DNA of 63,071 nucleotides, filler included, from Octopus bimaculoides (lineage: Eukaryota): the NCBI RefSeq assembly GCF_001194135.2. It is 5 parts of 5 records of this genome, joined end to end, with 100 filler letters (N's around TTAATTAATTAA, not from the genome) between each part and the next. Parts side by side here need not be neighbours in the genome. Positions count along the whole stretch, not along the records: positions 1 to 11,818 come from NC_068992.1; positions 11,919 to 38,295 come from NC_068982.1; 3 more parts are not named here. The stretch is one strand, 5' to 3'. The notes below the pieces were generated by a model. That model was not told the origin of the DNA, ran no database searches, and worked only from the letters and a program-made list of their open reading frames with translations. This document shows, one piece after another, positions 1 to 13,447 of the stretch; position 1 is the first letter of the stretch; every line of letters begins with the position of its first letter. Made by a program: the position numbers and the translations under genes.

Positions 1-22
1 CTACTGAATAATAATTATAATC

Positions 23-61
<39 letters not shown>

Positions 62-73
62 TTAATAATAATA
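1..73. repeat. (AAT)n microsatellite
   Basis: Direct reading. Confidence 0.95.
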
Positions 74-422
74 AGAGCACTCAGAGAACGCAAATCTCCG
101 GCAAGGCAACACCAACATCCTCTCAAAGATTAGCCGGAGATGATTTTTAAAATGAGAATATTTGAAATAAACTCGACTGTTCTCACAAACGGGAATATTA
201 AAAATGAACCCGATTGCTCTCAAAAATTAAATTTTTAAAAATGGAAAAATAATCCAGACTCCTCGTCCTGTACCGGTTCGATCCCAAAATCTAACCAGTC
301 ACAAAGCCAAACATCCCTGAGAGTTTCATCTGAATCAATCCAGTGGTTCTTGAGATATCTTGTCCACGGACAAGCAAACAAATACGACTAAAAAACAATA
401 CCTTCCTTTTCGCTAAGGCGGG
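74..422 (+). mobile_element. Non-autonomous Helentron/HINE-like element within an (AAT)n tract
   Basis: 5' CTCCGGCAAGG sub-terminal motif, internal gagtttcat...cttgagatatc motif, 3' aacaatacCTT...AAGG hairpin; (AAT)n on both sides. Family assignment from recall. Confidence 0.5.
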
Positions 423-423
423 G

Positions 424-512
<89 letters not shown>

Positions 513-560
513 TAGAAGAAGAAGAAGAAGAAGAAGAAGAAGAAGAAGAAGAAGAAGAAG
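423..560. repeat. Compound (AAT)n(AAG)n microsatellite
   Basis: Direct reading; explains the poly-I/poly-R ORFs. Confidence 0.95.
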
Positions 561-561
561 A

Positions 562-705
562 GTTGCAAATTTTGCCACAAGGGTAGCAATTTTGGAGGAG
601 GGGATGAGTCGATTACATCGACCCCAGTGTTCAACTGGTACATATTTTATCGATCACGAAAGGATAAAAGGCAAAGACGACCTCGACAGAATTTGAAATC
701 AAAAC
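562..705 (-). mobile_element. SINE family B fragment
   Basis: Reverse-complement match to copies at 27805 and 56055. Confidence 0.8.
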
Positions 706-1719
706 ACATAAAGACAAACACATAAATACAAAAAGAACACGTGTCACTAGACAACCTAAACAAAAGTAAAAGAAGATGACTTTCACGATCGAACACAAAA
801 GTAAGCATATAGATACTGAGTTTAGAACATCATTGAACACTTGTGCCTGGGAATGTGTCTACCAAAACGAAATAGAGACGATTTTCCATCTATAAGCCTC
901 ATGTGATTACGGAATACGAAACGCATCTATTCAAAAAACTCGCATGAAGTGTTGTGTCATAAAATTAACTCTAAACAAATAGACCCATCTCTTAAAGTCA
1001 ACATCAATGTTTTAATGACAAGGTAAACCTTATGCCGGAGTTGTCATCACCCGAGACAACAGAGGCCGCGTTACCCAGAGAAATGTAAAGAGAATGGCGT
1101 CGAAAAGTCTGCTGCTGGAACAAGCTCTCATAAAGACGACCTACTAGATAACCAGAACCAGGATAATCTTAACTGTAGACATGTAGGAACAACAGCAAAA
1201 TCCCCACCTTAAAGCAAAACGTTTACAATGGATGGACTATAGAGTACTATAGAGATGTTTTGCAAGCTTTTTGCACGGCCCAAATAAACACGCAAAATAA
1301 CCTCAAAATATAACGAATGACAGAGATGTGGAAAAAGACCAAAACATAAACCTACCTCAAGAATACCAAAACAGGTGACACAGATCTTGAAATTAGAGAA
1401 AAAAATACAGAAACAAAAGAAAGGCTTATAGGAGAACTCAGCGACCGTAGTAGAGATATACATGCTTTGTACGTTGTTGTTATGTATGTTAAGGGTATGT
1501 TGTTCTTCGTGTTTTTGTCTCATCATTTCTGGTGACTAAAAATCATCTGCAGTTCGTTCATAATCACCTTGTAAAAACAAGTGAGTTTGTAAGAACATTG
1601 GGATCTCCTCCATCCTACATACCAGATAAATTCCATTTAATGAACCTTTCTATGTGAATCTGACATTTTCTTGACTTACCTATTCCCATAGTTGCTCTTT
1701 TATAAACCGATGTCTTCCT

Positions 1720-2270
1720 TTTGTCTATTAATCCATAGGGTTTCACAGTTGTGTTCCTTTTTATCTGCCCAAAGTTTCCTCAAGTATCCAGTATTTCGTG
1801 TTCTGAGGGGGCCTCTCCTATTTCGATGGTGTTCTTTCCAATACGTCTATATAACATCACTGGACTATTTTAAAACATGGTGGTGCCTTTGATGGATCTG
1901 GAACTTTTTTGGAAGCAGCGTATACGTTCAGCATTCGCCTGCACATTTTGCTTTAACTTCTCCACTATTTCAGAAAACTTCTCTTCTAACTTCTATTCAT
2001 ACTATCGCAATAACTTTCTCCTCTTAGATAGTTTTATATTATGAAAGTTGCCCAAGCTTTTCTCAATGCTTCTATATTAGAACGAAAGGCATTCATTTCG
2101 TCTTTGATTATTAGTCCTTTATGTGAACTTTCCACGATTTCTTTTCAGCTGTACCAACACATTCTGGTGCAGCAGCATAAAGTGCCTCATTTAAGGAAGT
2201 GATGCTTTGTTCGCTTTCCTTTACAATAGATTTAAGGACCGCGTTTACCTAGCAGATTATTTTGTCATTT
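1720..2270 (-). mobile_element. Degraded R4/Dong-clade LINE fragment (pre-RT region)
   Basis: Manual translation: SITSLNEALYAAA, AERIRCFQK..MF..LYR, LWADKKEHNCETLWI resemble R4-clade motifs; stops and frameshifts present. Confidence 0.55.
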
Positions 2271-3611
2271 TCTTTACTATTGTTACTTGTAAGGAAAGGA
2301 ATTTTGGAAATAGGGAAAATCATTCCATATATATGTGCTACGCATATATAAAGGTGAATAATGCGAGATGAATACTACTGTATGCAGCAGCGAGCAAGAA
2401 CTCAGAAGAATGCCAGCTGTTACTTGCACATTCTAGACCATTTTTATGACTCACTATCATATGGGTAAAATGTTAAGTGGAATTCGAGTCAAGAACGTAC
2501 CACTTTAGCTTCACTCAGTAACAGTATTACTGGAGAATACGTAGGTGAAGTCCACCCCACAAGTCAACGGAAATGGAATCGTATTGGAATTGTAGATACT
2601 AGTTTCTGCAGAAGACATAAATCGTATTCCCGAATTTTTTCCTGTTTCTTTGTTTGTCTAATATTAAGGAAAATATACTTCTTCAACAAGACTTCTATGA
2701 GGTAAATTGACTCGAACTATTTTCGAAACACAACTTTCTGTCTTCACTATCAAATTAGGAAAACATTTATTAATATCCAGGATATACTACCCCAAAATAA
2801 GAATGAATTGTAATCTTTAGATGGGTTTCATATGTATGATGTTTGGAAAGACCACATAAATATACCCTCGTTGTTATACATGTGATAAATCAGGTCTATT
2901 GGCGTTAAGCCGTAACCACACAATTGTTGAATAGAGAGAGATATTACATTAAATGACTTTATACACCACCTTTTCCTTTAAATATTCTAAAAGCTTTACA
3001 AATTTTAACAAGTTCATTTATCACCGGTACAATAACTACATTAAAATATCTAATTAGATACAATGTAAGCAATTAAATTAATATAGAATATTGATTAAAA
3101 TTTCATAAGCAGTTTTAAAACAAGCATGATATTAAAATGTGAATAGAATATTTAAGAAGTTTAATGAACATTCAACACTGATGTTGTATAAATGCGTGTT
3201 GGAATTGTTTCCATGCCCACATATTGAGGAATCAGAAGATAATTATTGAATCACAATTTTCAGATTCATAGAACATTAATCTGCAAGTGTTTTTTATATA
3301 CTTCAGCTAAATATTACGTCTATAATATTACACTCAAAACTTGCACATGCCGTGTATAACCGAAAGGCTTTGTATGTATACAATATGACATATCATAGCG
3401 TATGTCTTTTTCGTTACAATTTTTCGCTTCATATATTTCCCGTTTTTCTCGTAACTGCGTTTCCTTTTTCACCGTTTAGTCTAGAGACCTCATCTTCTAT
3501 TTGCACTTGCAATTCTATTTCCTCTTCCTCGACTTTCATGTTCAATCAATGATGACATTTTTTATTCTTTCCTTTTTCCTTATATTCTCTGTCGTCCTAC
3601 TGTACTACACT

Positions 3612-3795
3612 TTCTTCTTCTTCTTCTTCTTCTTCTTCTTCTTCTTCTTCTTCTCCTACTTTCCTTCTTGTTCTTCTTCTCCTCGTACTTCCCTTCTTCG
3701 CGTCCTTCTCCTACTTCACTTATTTTTCTTCTTCTTCTTCTTCTTCTTCTTCTTCTTCTTCTTCTTCTTCTTCTTCTTCTTCTTCTTCTTCTTCT
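3612..3795. repeat. Two (TTC)n tracts
   Basis: Direct reading. Confidence 0.95.
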
Positions 3796-6700
3796 CCCTC
3801 TCCTTCCTTACCTTCTTCTTTTTTTCTTATTCTCACTAAGAGTCAAGCTTGACGAAGAGGTAGACTGTCAAGTGCTAGATGCATAGATCTAAATATGTAT
3901 TAAATAGTAGAACAAGTACAAAAATATTTTATATTTCAGCGCGTAAATACTGTTACAGTATAGGTAAAGGATAAAATCTTTTTTAAGAGCAGAAGATTTT
4001 GCCGGCAAGTAAAAAAAAATATGTCTTTCTACTTGTTCTACAATACATTTCAACGCTTCGAAAGCAAACTTATATTTGTTTAGATATGACGTATTAAATA
4101 GTATTTTATTTTAACTCTTCAAGAAGTTTGGAAGAACAGCTATACTTGTATATAAAGGATATTTTCAAAGTACTCTCTGCTTATTCTTAATGATTTTTGT
4201 TTCACTTGCTCTTATAGTGACTCGCAGTGTTATTTAGACACAGAGAATTTTAAAATACATCTCACTGTCTCGATATACTTCTTTCAGTACTTTCTTGGGC
4301 ATTTGTAGAAAGGAGAATACGTGAATTTGATTTTACCCGCAAATATCAAAGGATTACCACCTATTTATTGAGGTTCTTTATGTCCCTTATTTGTGTATTG
4401 TCAATCATTTACTCTGGGACTCACGAGTCTTATCAATGGAACTCTTCTTACAATGGTGTAACATAGACTTCCAAGATGACTCGGAATCTTCTGTAAAAAA
4501 TTATTGAGAGACAAGTTATGGAATATTCACTAGAGACAGGTGGAATCTATACAAGATGAAATATAAAAACAGATTTGCTTTCACGATAAAGGTGAATATG
4601 AACAATAAATTTCTTCACATTGCATTTCCTGCATCAATGTGAGAGAAATTACATCAACAAAAACTGAAACACACTCTAAACAAACGAAGATTCACAAACA
4701 ACAAATAATTTGTCTAGAATGATGAAAATCTCTCGAAGCGAACATCTAAGAATGTACGGGAACAGCAAATTAAATAGTTTGCCTTTCTACAAATTTTTAA
4801 CATATGATACATTATATTGTTTAGTAGTTCTGCTGGAAGGACCATGTAAGCAATAAAGAAATTTCTGGGAGAATTGGGGAGAATTGATGTTTGATGGATA
4901 CTAACTGGAGAAGGAAAGTAAAATAGGCAACAAGAGACAGCTCATGTTAGATAGGGCTGAAGAAGGTTCACATGCACAGGACCTGCCCCAAAATAAACCA
5001 GTTGAAACAAAGCAAGATCATTTAGAAATGAGCAGTCTTGTTAAAAGGACGGCTATCAAACCTAAATAACTCTGGCTAAAGAAACACCAGCTATAACATG
5101 TTCATATAAAAAAGGAAAACATTCTTTGTTCTGAATAGTTTTTATAGGATGAACTCCTTCCTCTTTTGTCTTTTTAGAAAAGAGTCCAGGAAAATTTCTT
5201 TACATATTTCCTAAGCGATCTCTTTTTGCACATTATTAATTTTGGATATTACCAAGAACTTTTTTCTGCTATGCTTGTATATTTTATTTTCGCAGGTGTT
5301 TATGAACGTATAAACGTGTGTTTTTGGATATATCGAGCAGTCACTATGTAATACATACGCAAACATTCCCCACCTTCTTTTTCTTTCTCTCACTCTATCT
5401 CTCACACACACAAACACACTCAAGATAGCACAACAATATATGAAAATATTTAACTGAACTGCACTGTCTGTCGTTTGCAACAAATATTCTATCCTGCTAT
5501 AAAGCAAACATTTTTTACTCCCTTTAGAAAAACTCAAAGCTTGTGTCTCAAGCCCCAGATATATATAGATAGTGATGCAAATTTTAAAACTGGTTGTCAC
5601 TTCATCAAACGTTACTTTCATTAATTCTGACTAACTTGTCTTTACTACATACGAGTGTATGCGTTCGTGTGTGTGTGTGTGGGTGTGTGTGTGTGCGCCT
5701 CTGTATGTGTGAGAGAGAGAAAGGAAGGAAGATAGACCGATATCACTATTTTCTGAAAGGTTCCAACAAACGTGGAGTTGTTGCAGTCTCTAGCATAACG
5801 GATTTCCTCTGTATTTTCTTTGTATACCATACAATCGAACCAGTAGCGTTAATCGAATGTATTATTAGCTAGAGAAAATCCCCGACTGGCATTTAACGAC
5901 ACCTGGTAGAAAACCCTTTAGGCTGAATATATTTGTTTAAAACATACTATGAAATGTTTAAATTACTTCTTAGATATTTGTATCACGCATTATATAGAAA
6001 TAGAAAGAAAAGGCATAGAGGTCATTGATGTTGTTTATTCCGTTTCGAAAGTAGCTTTTCAACAACAAAATATCATGTAAATTAACTACCATTCTATTTA
6101 ACTAAATCTCAGAAGTAATGTAATTCTGTCTTTTGTTATATTATAAAAAAACAATTCATTATCATTCTTTTTACTTTTAAAGACATTAGAGGTTATATAC
6201 GTAACACATTAAGTTGTAAAATTCAGCATAAATCAACTACCTCTGTTGAAATATTCTTCAACAGTCGGATAACGATACAATGTTGTTAAGTTTTACACGA
6301 AAAATCTAAATAACAGATACTTGAAGCCTAATTCAATTCAAGCTATCAAAACTGTTGGGCTTTTAAATTAACGTCTCAAACTCAGCAATATTTACATTTA
6401 TATATTACTTGAGACACCACGTCTTTATTTATTACAAGCTACGCAATATAAACCCAGTCTCTTGTATTAACAAGGTTTTGAATAAACAATAGGTACCTAC
6501 TTTCATGATATCAAACTTGACTAAGGCATTTGGCATTTTAGTTTGTTGCAACATAGTTATTTGCAACGTGCGCTTGAACGGTACATCAGTTTCTTGTGCC
6601 GGTAGCTAGCAATAGCATTTTCTTCTCATAGCATCCAGCTGAACAGATTCCTCGAAGCTTCATTAGAAATACGAAGTAAAATAAAAATGAATGTTGGTGA

Positions 6701-9700
6701 AAATACGTCACCTTACATTCTTCAGCTATGTGACATTATGGTTAAATCATTTGTTTAAATCATTTATTGCACATGATGTATCAACATGATTTAAAATATG
6801 CGTAAACGGGCACTTTTTATAGAAATATCTCACTTCATCGTGCATTATACAACTTGCATGTGCTAAAATGGAAACCAGCGTCAGAACTCCGGGTGGAAAA
6901 AGAAACTAAATACACACTAAAAACGTGCATTAATTAATTACGTATATATCAAACTGTTTATACATATATGTACACATGTTAATACTTATAAACAACGTAA
7001 ATAATGCTTACTCGATAAGCACGCGTGCGCGCACGTGTCGGAAACGAAGCAGAACAACAAAAACAAGACGATTTCTCACGAAGTAAAAGGAGTAAATAAT
7101 CACTAAGCTTAAAACACGAATAAACAGTTATGCGTGGAAATGTCTCTACAGAAGGCAATTTTCGTCTTAGAAGTCTTATGCAATTGCACCGTGAGGATCA
7201 TGTCCATACAAAAACCTCAGAAGCGGTCTTCTATCAAAAAATTGATTTTAAACAGACGGATCAGATCTTCTTTGTTTTCTTCCAGCTACTTGAAGATATT
7301 TCAATTTTCTATGGATTGTTTTCAACATTTCCCCACGGATGTAGTTTTCCAGGCTAATAACGAAAATCACCTTTGTTTTATTTTTTCCAAAAAATGAATA
7401 GTAAAGAAGTTAGAAGTAATTAAAGTTATACAATTTTTAGCTATTAAAATAAGTTCCTTCACAAGCGGAAGACGAAACTGTTTGTTGCCATGACAGCACC
7501 GGTGTATCGTTGTTTTTCAACGGAACCGTAAACAAGTTTTTGAATATAAAAAAGAGGGGATCTTAAAGATTGAATGAATGGTGAATATTTGAAACTGAAA
7601 ACATTTTGGAATTTTAAGTTTAAACAAAACATTTAAAACAACAATTCAAATTTATCTTTAAAAACAAAAAAAAAAAAATTTTTTTTTACATAGAATTTAA
7701 CGAAAGAAAATGTGCATCTTATTCATTCTTGTCCAATCACTTGAAGATTTACATTCATATTCACTTAGAATATCAGCTTTATTGCGATGATCGCAAAACT
7801 TTTTTGATCGCACCAAAAATAACAACCAAGATGAAATGAAAACGCATGGGATCTCAACAAAAGAAACGAACGATGAAATTTAACATTTTTCTTCGAAGCG
7901 ATTGTATTTTTCGATAGCCACATAAATTCGCAGATATGAGTCCTGTGTTGAACTATGAGTGACATAGCGTTGTTTATTCCCCCCACTTGACAAAGGCATA
8001 TGTCCTTTTCCTTGTTGAATATGGGATCCAACTACTGAGTTTATAAATTTAACGCTGTGTTTCGCCATTCTATAACGAAATTAGTATCCTTTTATCTCAG
8101 GAATATGCGGGTTTGTGTGCCACAGGTCCCAGTAAATATTAGTTTTTGGGAGAATTGATTGTTGGATGCAATTTACGAGTGTATGACGACTTAGAGAAGG
8201 TACAGGGAAAAGAAAACATCTCGTGTTTCGCTACACGCACTGCAGAAAACCTACTGTTCGGGTAGCATTGGAGCTCTGGTTGCTTTTCTCCTCGAAAATA
8301 TAACTTCATCTATTTAAACAATTCTGTCGGGACCGTTATCAATCTTCATTGGCTTTAGGAACAAATCACACGTAAATAAATATCATAGCCTACAACGTTA
8401 GTGATACCAATCCTTAATTCCTCCTTACAAGACCAAGTAGATGATAATCTTTTCGCCCACAGCATTATATCTAAACAACTGGAGTTGTCATGACAACACA
8501 CAGTGTCTAAATCCACTATGAGAACACTGCCTTGAAACCTATTGGGAAAAATACGTAAAGTTAAAAATAAATTTCTCAACAAATATAACTGCGATATTCG
8601 ACACCAGTATGCAAAACTATATCAGATTTATATATTTTTTTAATTTTCAGATTAAGATTTCTGGTTGGAAGAAAACGAAAACCATCCGACAGCCCGGTCT
8701 CCTAATGTCAGTGCCAATGTGTTATAGACAAAAACACAAAATACGTGCCAGGTTGGTCATCGACCATACGGGGATCCAAATGTCTGCTAATGACTGACTC
8801 TCAAAAAGACGATCTACCTGGTAACAAGAATTAAAATAATTTAAATGTAGATTTGTAGTGAGGCTACGAAAAGCACCACCATGAGCAAAACGCATAAAAT
8901 TAACGAGAGAATATTACAGATATGTTTTAAAAGCTTTTTATACAGCACAATAAAATTTAAATAATAACCCCATTGAGACATTTAGTAAGCAATGAAGTAC
9001 GAATATATATGGGTGCAACTAAGGTAAGTACAGTACAAACAGATTACATTAAGAACAAAAGATTAACCGATACTGAAATTTACCAAATTAGGACGTAAAT
9101 ATCTGAAAGTAAACCAAATGAAAATAGCAGCCAAATAGCTGAAATAGGTAATAGAAGCATAGAGCCTAGTTTAAAAGCAGTAAATCTTAATAACGATGAA
9201 ATTGAACAAAGAATGGCAGAGACAGGAAATGTGAAAATAGAGCAAAACTTAGGTCTACTTCAAGAACACCACAATAGATAATAACAGAAAAAACATTACA
9301 GAAGCAAAAGCAGAGGTTCTGAGAGAGCGCAACACGATTGGGTTCACTGACATGTTTAATGGAGAACTGCTATTAAAGTTCACAAATGGCTCAATTAATA
9401 ACAACAAAATCATTATCTATAACGTGTTGCTCCACGAGAGGTCTTAAGAGATAAGTGTATTGAGGCAGTAATCATAACTAATGTTATCTATCCCACTAGT
9501 TACTTAATAACTACTGAGCTAGGTATTAAGATTACAAAGAAAAAGACTAAGTCAACAAGAAACCTCCGAAGTGGAAAGTAGCAATACACAGAGATTGAAT
9601 CTCTGCAGCTGAGTGTATTAGTTCGTGATAAACTACTACAGGAGTAAATATTAAAATAAGCAAAAATACAAAATCAAAGATCTTATAACTCTCCTTGCAA

Positions 9701-11651
9701 CTAAGGAACTATTGAAACAGGGTATATAGTTGAAAACCCAATAGCTTACTAGGTATTTTATCGCTTAATACCCAGTTACTATTGTTGTTACGAAGGAAAT
9801 AGTCTGAAAACACTGTTGCATGGCAGAGACCACCCTGAAAAGGACAAGGTTGATAGGTATTGTATAAAATAAAATTGGGAACTGCGTGGAATAGGTAACA
9901 AATGATAACCCTGTTAGAGAGAAAAAGGCATGACCAATTTATTCTGAACATTTATTCGATGCATTGAAACAGCTCAGAAACTGAAGATATCACCGAACAT
10001 GCTGTGGAAAATAATGCGAGAGAGGTTGCGATAAATTATCACCAGGATGCAAGGTGACTTTCCTGTAGAAGCAACACTTCAGTTTATGATAGAACATTTG
10101 TCGCACAATGACACTCCAATAGTGCTGTTCGTTGCGAACTTGAGCAAAACACTTCTGATATTATTCCAGCTTACTCAGTCGTAAATGAGTAACACTGGAA
10201 CGGACTGTCCACCTAACCAATCAGGTGGCATCATGCGATGGCTAAATAATGCCAGAAAGCTCAATGTGACAGGTGGTGTATAACAGCATCTTACGGTGTG
10301 GAAGATACTGTATAAAGAAATAGGTATCTTATATAGAATTAATCATTGCACGCATTCTTATATTCTTTCACAACCATTTTCTGGCGAAAGTATGCTGATG
10401 GAGAGATGCCAGTGTTCGTTAAGTCTTTCAACTTGTTAGATGTCGTTCGTGTTGTTTTAATGCAAAAAGAGAAATAAGTAATAGAATACAGATTTTGCAA
10501 GCAGGAAACTTTTTTTTTTTTTTTTTTTTTGCTTAGCAAATATTCTTAGAAGCAATTTAAAGGATGTATGATCAAGGATAGTTTTTAAATGTTGCTTGAA
10601 ATTCCATTAGATATATTCTAAGCGTTAGCTTAGTTTTCGTTTTCAATTTTTATTTAATTATTTACATATTCTATCTTGTATGTTTCGTTATTATGTTTTG
10701 GATAAAAATATTTGTGGTTTGTTCATACATGTTCAACATTTCTTGCACTACTTCAAAAAATTCAATCAAAAGTTCAGTTTGAAACAATTAGTTGGGAAAA
10801 ATCACATACATAGAAATAATTTTCGATTTTTTAAACTTCGGAACATAAAATCTGATTAAATTTGAGATAAAGTCATAAGTTTGGAGAAGAAAGGATATTA
10901 AAATTACTATTGTACTCCGACAGAGAGATTGGAAAATATATTTAAAAAAGTTCGTTTTGTTGAAATTATCATTTTCTTCAATTTAATAAAGTTTTAAATT
11001 CAAAAATGAATTTTGATTTTTCTTTTCTTTTAATAGCATTGACAGCGTTTTAGGCTGAAAATTTGCAGTAATATTTGCTTCCACAGCCTCCGCTAGATTA
11101 TTATACATCACAACCTATTTTTTATTTTCTTGACTTGAAATGTAATGGATTAAAGAATGATTTTTTTTCTTTATTTTGAATGAAAATTTTAATGAAAGTT
11201 ATACTGCATATTTTTTACATATTCACTATCTGAATTGTATGAAGATATGCATAATATATAGGAAGGCAATTTGCATTTGTGCATATTGCTCCACTGGTTG
11301 CGATTTACTGAAATCGTTGCATAGAGTAACTTAAATTATTCCTCTTTTTGCTCGGAGTTCAGATCTGGGTTTTGTCTTTCTGGTTCCCATGAAATAATAC
11401 TATAATCTAAGGTAATGGTTTGTCATAATTTCTAAAGTGTTGAAACAATTAACTGTTTCAAGCTTACACACACACACACACACATATATACATTCATATA
11501 TGAGTATTAAGTATGCATGTATTCGATTATATTCATGTGTATATGAATAAATATTTAAATATACAGTTCTATATTTAAGAGATGAGGAATTATGTACGTT
11601 GTTTACGTTATTCATATTTGACGGATATTTGTCCTCATCCTGTTTGTTGTT

Positions 11652-11697
11652 AACGCAACGTTTCGGCTGATATACTCTTCAGCCTTCATCAGGTGTC
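11652..11697 (-). ncRNA. Minimal type I hammerhead ribozyme motif
   Basis: Minus strand GACAC-CUGAUGA-A-GGCUGA(agaguaua)UCAGCC-GAAA-CG-UU-GCGUU; intact core, stem II 6 bp, one stem I mismatch. Confidence 0.75.
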
Positions 11698-11738
11698 TTG
11701 GGAAAATTGGGTTCTCATTCCTTAGGTATTTTTCGATG

Positions 11739-11740
<2 letters not shown>

Positions 11741-11818
<78 letters not shown>
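11741..11818. repeat. (TTA)n microsatellite running into a gap
   Basis: Direct reading. Confidence 0.95.
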
Positions 11819-11936
11819 NNNNNNNNNNNNNNNNNNNNNNNNNNNNNNNNNNNNNNNNNNNNTTAATTAATTAANNNNNNNNNNNNNNNNNNNNNNNNNN
11901 NNNNNNNNNNNNNNNNNNATATGTAACATGTTTTAT

Positions 11937-11977
11937 AAATTAGCGCTTTCACCTAGTTTTGTAGGTTCATCAAATTT
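11937..11977 (-). ncRNA. Minimal hammerhead motif, U3 core variant (left arm)
   Basis: AAAU-UUGAUGA-ACCUA(caaaac)UAGGU-GAAA-GCGC-UA-AUUU. Confidence 0.65.
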
Positions 11978-12088
11978 TGATTTCACCTTGAGAGAATGTT
12001 TCTTTTTATAGTATTATTGAATGTGTAGGGGTGGAGAGAGATACATATAGGATAGTAAGAGAGGGTGAGGAATGGAGCGAAAAGTGAG

Positions 12089-12122
<34 letters not shown>

Positions 12123-12323
12123 AGTGAGCGAGTATTTTTGTGTTGGTGTATGAGTGTGTGTGTGTGTGCGTGCATGTGTGTGTGCCTGTGTATCTGAAAG
12201 GAGTGTCAATTGGAAAGAGAAGGAAAGAAGAGTGAAGAAAATTGTGTGTACAGCTGGTCAGTTCTTTGAATGACAAGCTTATTCTTGGCCTTTTAAAAAA
12301 TGGCAAAACCAGGTGGCATTGTT

Positions 12324-12572
12324 TGCCCCACATGCAAGGAGAATTATATAGGCAAAACTGGAAATTCTTTATGCCAGCGAACCAGAATTCACTGACAACA
12401 TGTCCGACAGGAGGAACTATGGAAAATTCCACTGAGTGAACACCTAGAAGCATGTGGAGAAGGAAAATTTAAGACCTGTCCCTTCTATAAATGCTCAAGA
12501 AACGACACCTCCTTCAGGAAAAATATGGAGAAATACTTCATAACAAAATTCTCACCAAAACTGAATGGCTGA
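12324..12572 (+). mobile_element. Penelope-like GIY-YIG endonuclease C-terminal fragment (one internal stop)
   Basis: CPTCKENYIGKTGNSLCQRTRIH*QH...LSEHLEAC...EKYFITKFSPKLNG*. Confidence 0.85.
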
Positions 12573-13296
12573 AAACATGAAAATCACAACCCATCTAGGT
12601 TCTTCAACTTTGGAACAACAGAGCCTAAAAACAGCAAGAAACCCAGATAGTGGGACATTTTTGTGCCAACTAGAATTGAACCCAGTTATCTAGGTTCTCC
12701 TATTTTTCTCTTACGTTTTTTTAACTAACCAGCTGTATAANNNNNNNNNNNNNNNNNNNNNNNNNNNNNNNNNNNNNNNNNNNNNNNNNNNNNNNNNNNN
12801 NNNNNNNNNNNNNNNNNNNNNNNNNNNNNNNNNNNNNNNNNNNNNNNNNNNNNNNNNNNNNNNNNNNNNNNNNNNNNNNNNNNNNNNNNNNNNNNNNNNN
12901 NNNNNNNNNNNNNNNNNTTTGAAAAACAACTTACTTCCAAACAATGCCACCTGGTTTTGCCATTTTTTTAAAAAGACCAAGAATAAGCTTGTCATTGAAA
13001 GAACTGACCAGCTGTATACACAATTTTCTTCTTTCTTCTTTCCTTCTCTTTCCCATTGACACTCCTTTCAAATACACAGGCGCACACACACTCACCCACA
13101 CACACACACGCACACACACACACACACACACTCACCAACACAAAAACACTCACAAAAACACACGCACACACACACACTCTCTCTGTCACTTTTCGCTCCA
13201 TTCCTCAGCCTCTCTTACTATCCTATACATATCTCTCTCCACCCCTACACATTCAATAATACTATAAAAAGAAACATTCTCTCAAAGGTGAAATCG

Positions 13297-13337
13297 AAAT
13301 TTGATGAACCTACAAGACTAGGTGAAAGCGCTAATTT
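13297..13337 (+). ncRNA. Minimal hammerhead motif, U3 core variant (right arm)
   Basis: AAAU-UUGAUGA-ACCUA(caagac)UAGGU-GAAA-GCGC-UA-AUUU. Confidence 0.65.
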
Positions 13338-13369
13338 ATAATACGTGACATATGAATAAAAATCTGTAA

Positions 13370-13409
13370 ATATACAACCATCCAGACATCTGAGTACCTG
13401 ATTATTATT

Positions 13410-13447
<38 letters not shown>

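Larger units (their letters stand above)
11919..13345. repeat. Long inverted repeat (arms ~11919-12335 and ~12940-13345), Penelope pseudo-LTR-like
   Basis: Arms are reverse complements (aattagcgctttcacctag / ctaggtgaaagcgctaatt); mirrored translations in the ORF track. Confidence 0.9.

Noticed and set aside
291-696. Poly-Leu/Ile/Arg ORFs
   Set aside because: Translations of (AAT)n/(AAG)n microsatellites; the same applies to poly-F, poly-Y, poly-K and HT/CV/YI ORFs elsewhere
8200-10300. Possible ancient LINE
   Set aside because: Only faint motif resemblance; cannot be supported without a profile search
11863-11874. TTAATTAATTAA islands inside N runs (also 38340, 50126, 58466)
   Set aside because: Identical 12-mer centred in 100-bp pads with stops in all six frames: assembly gap spacer, not biology
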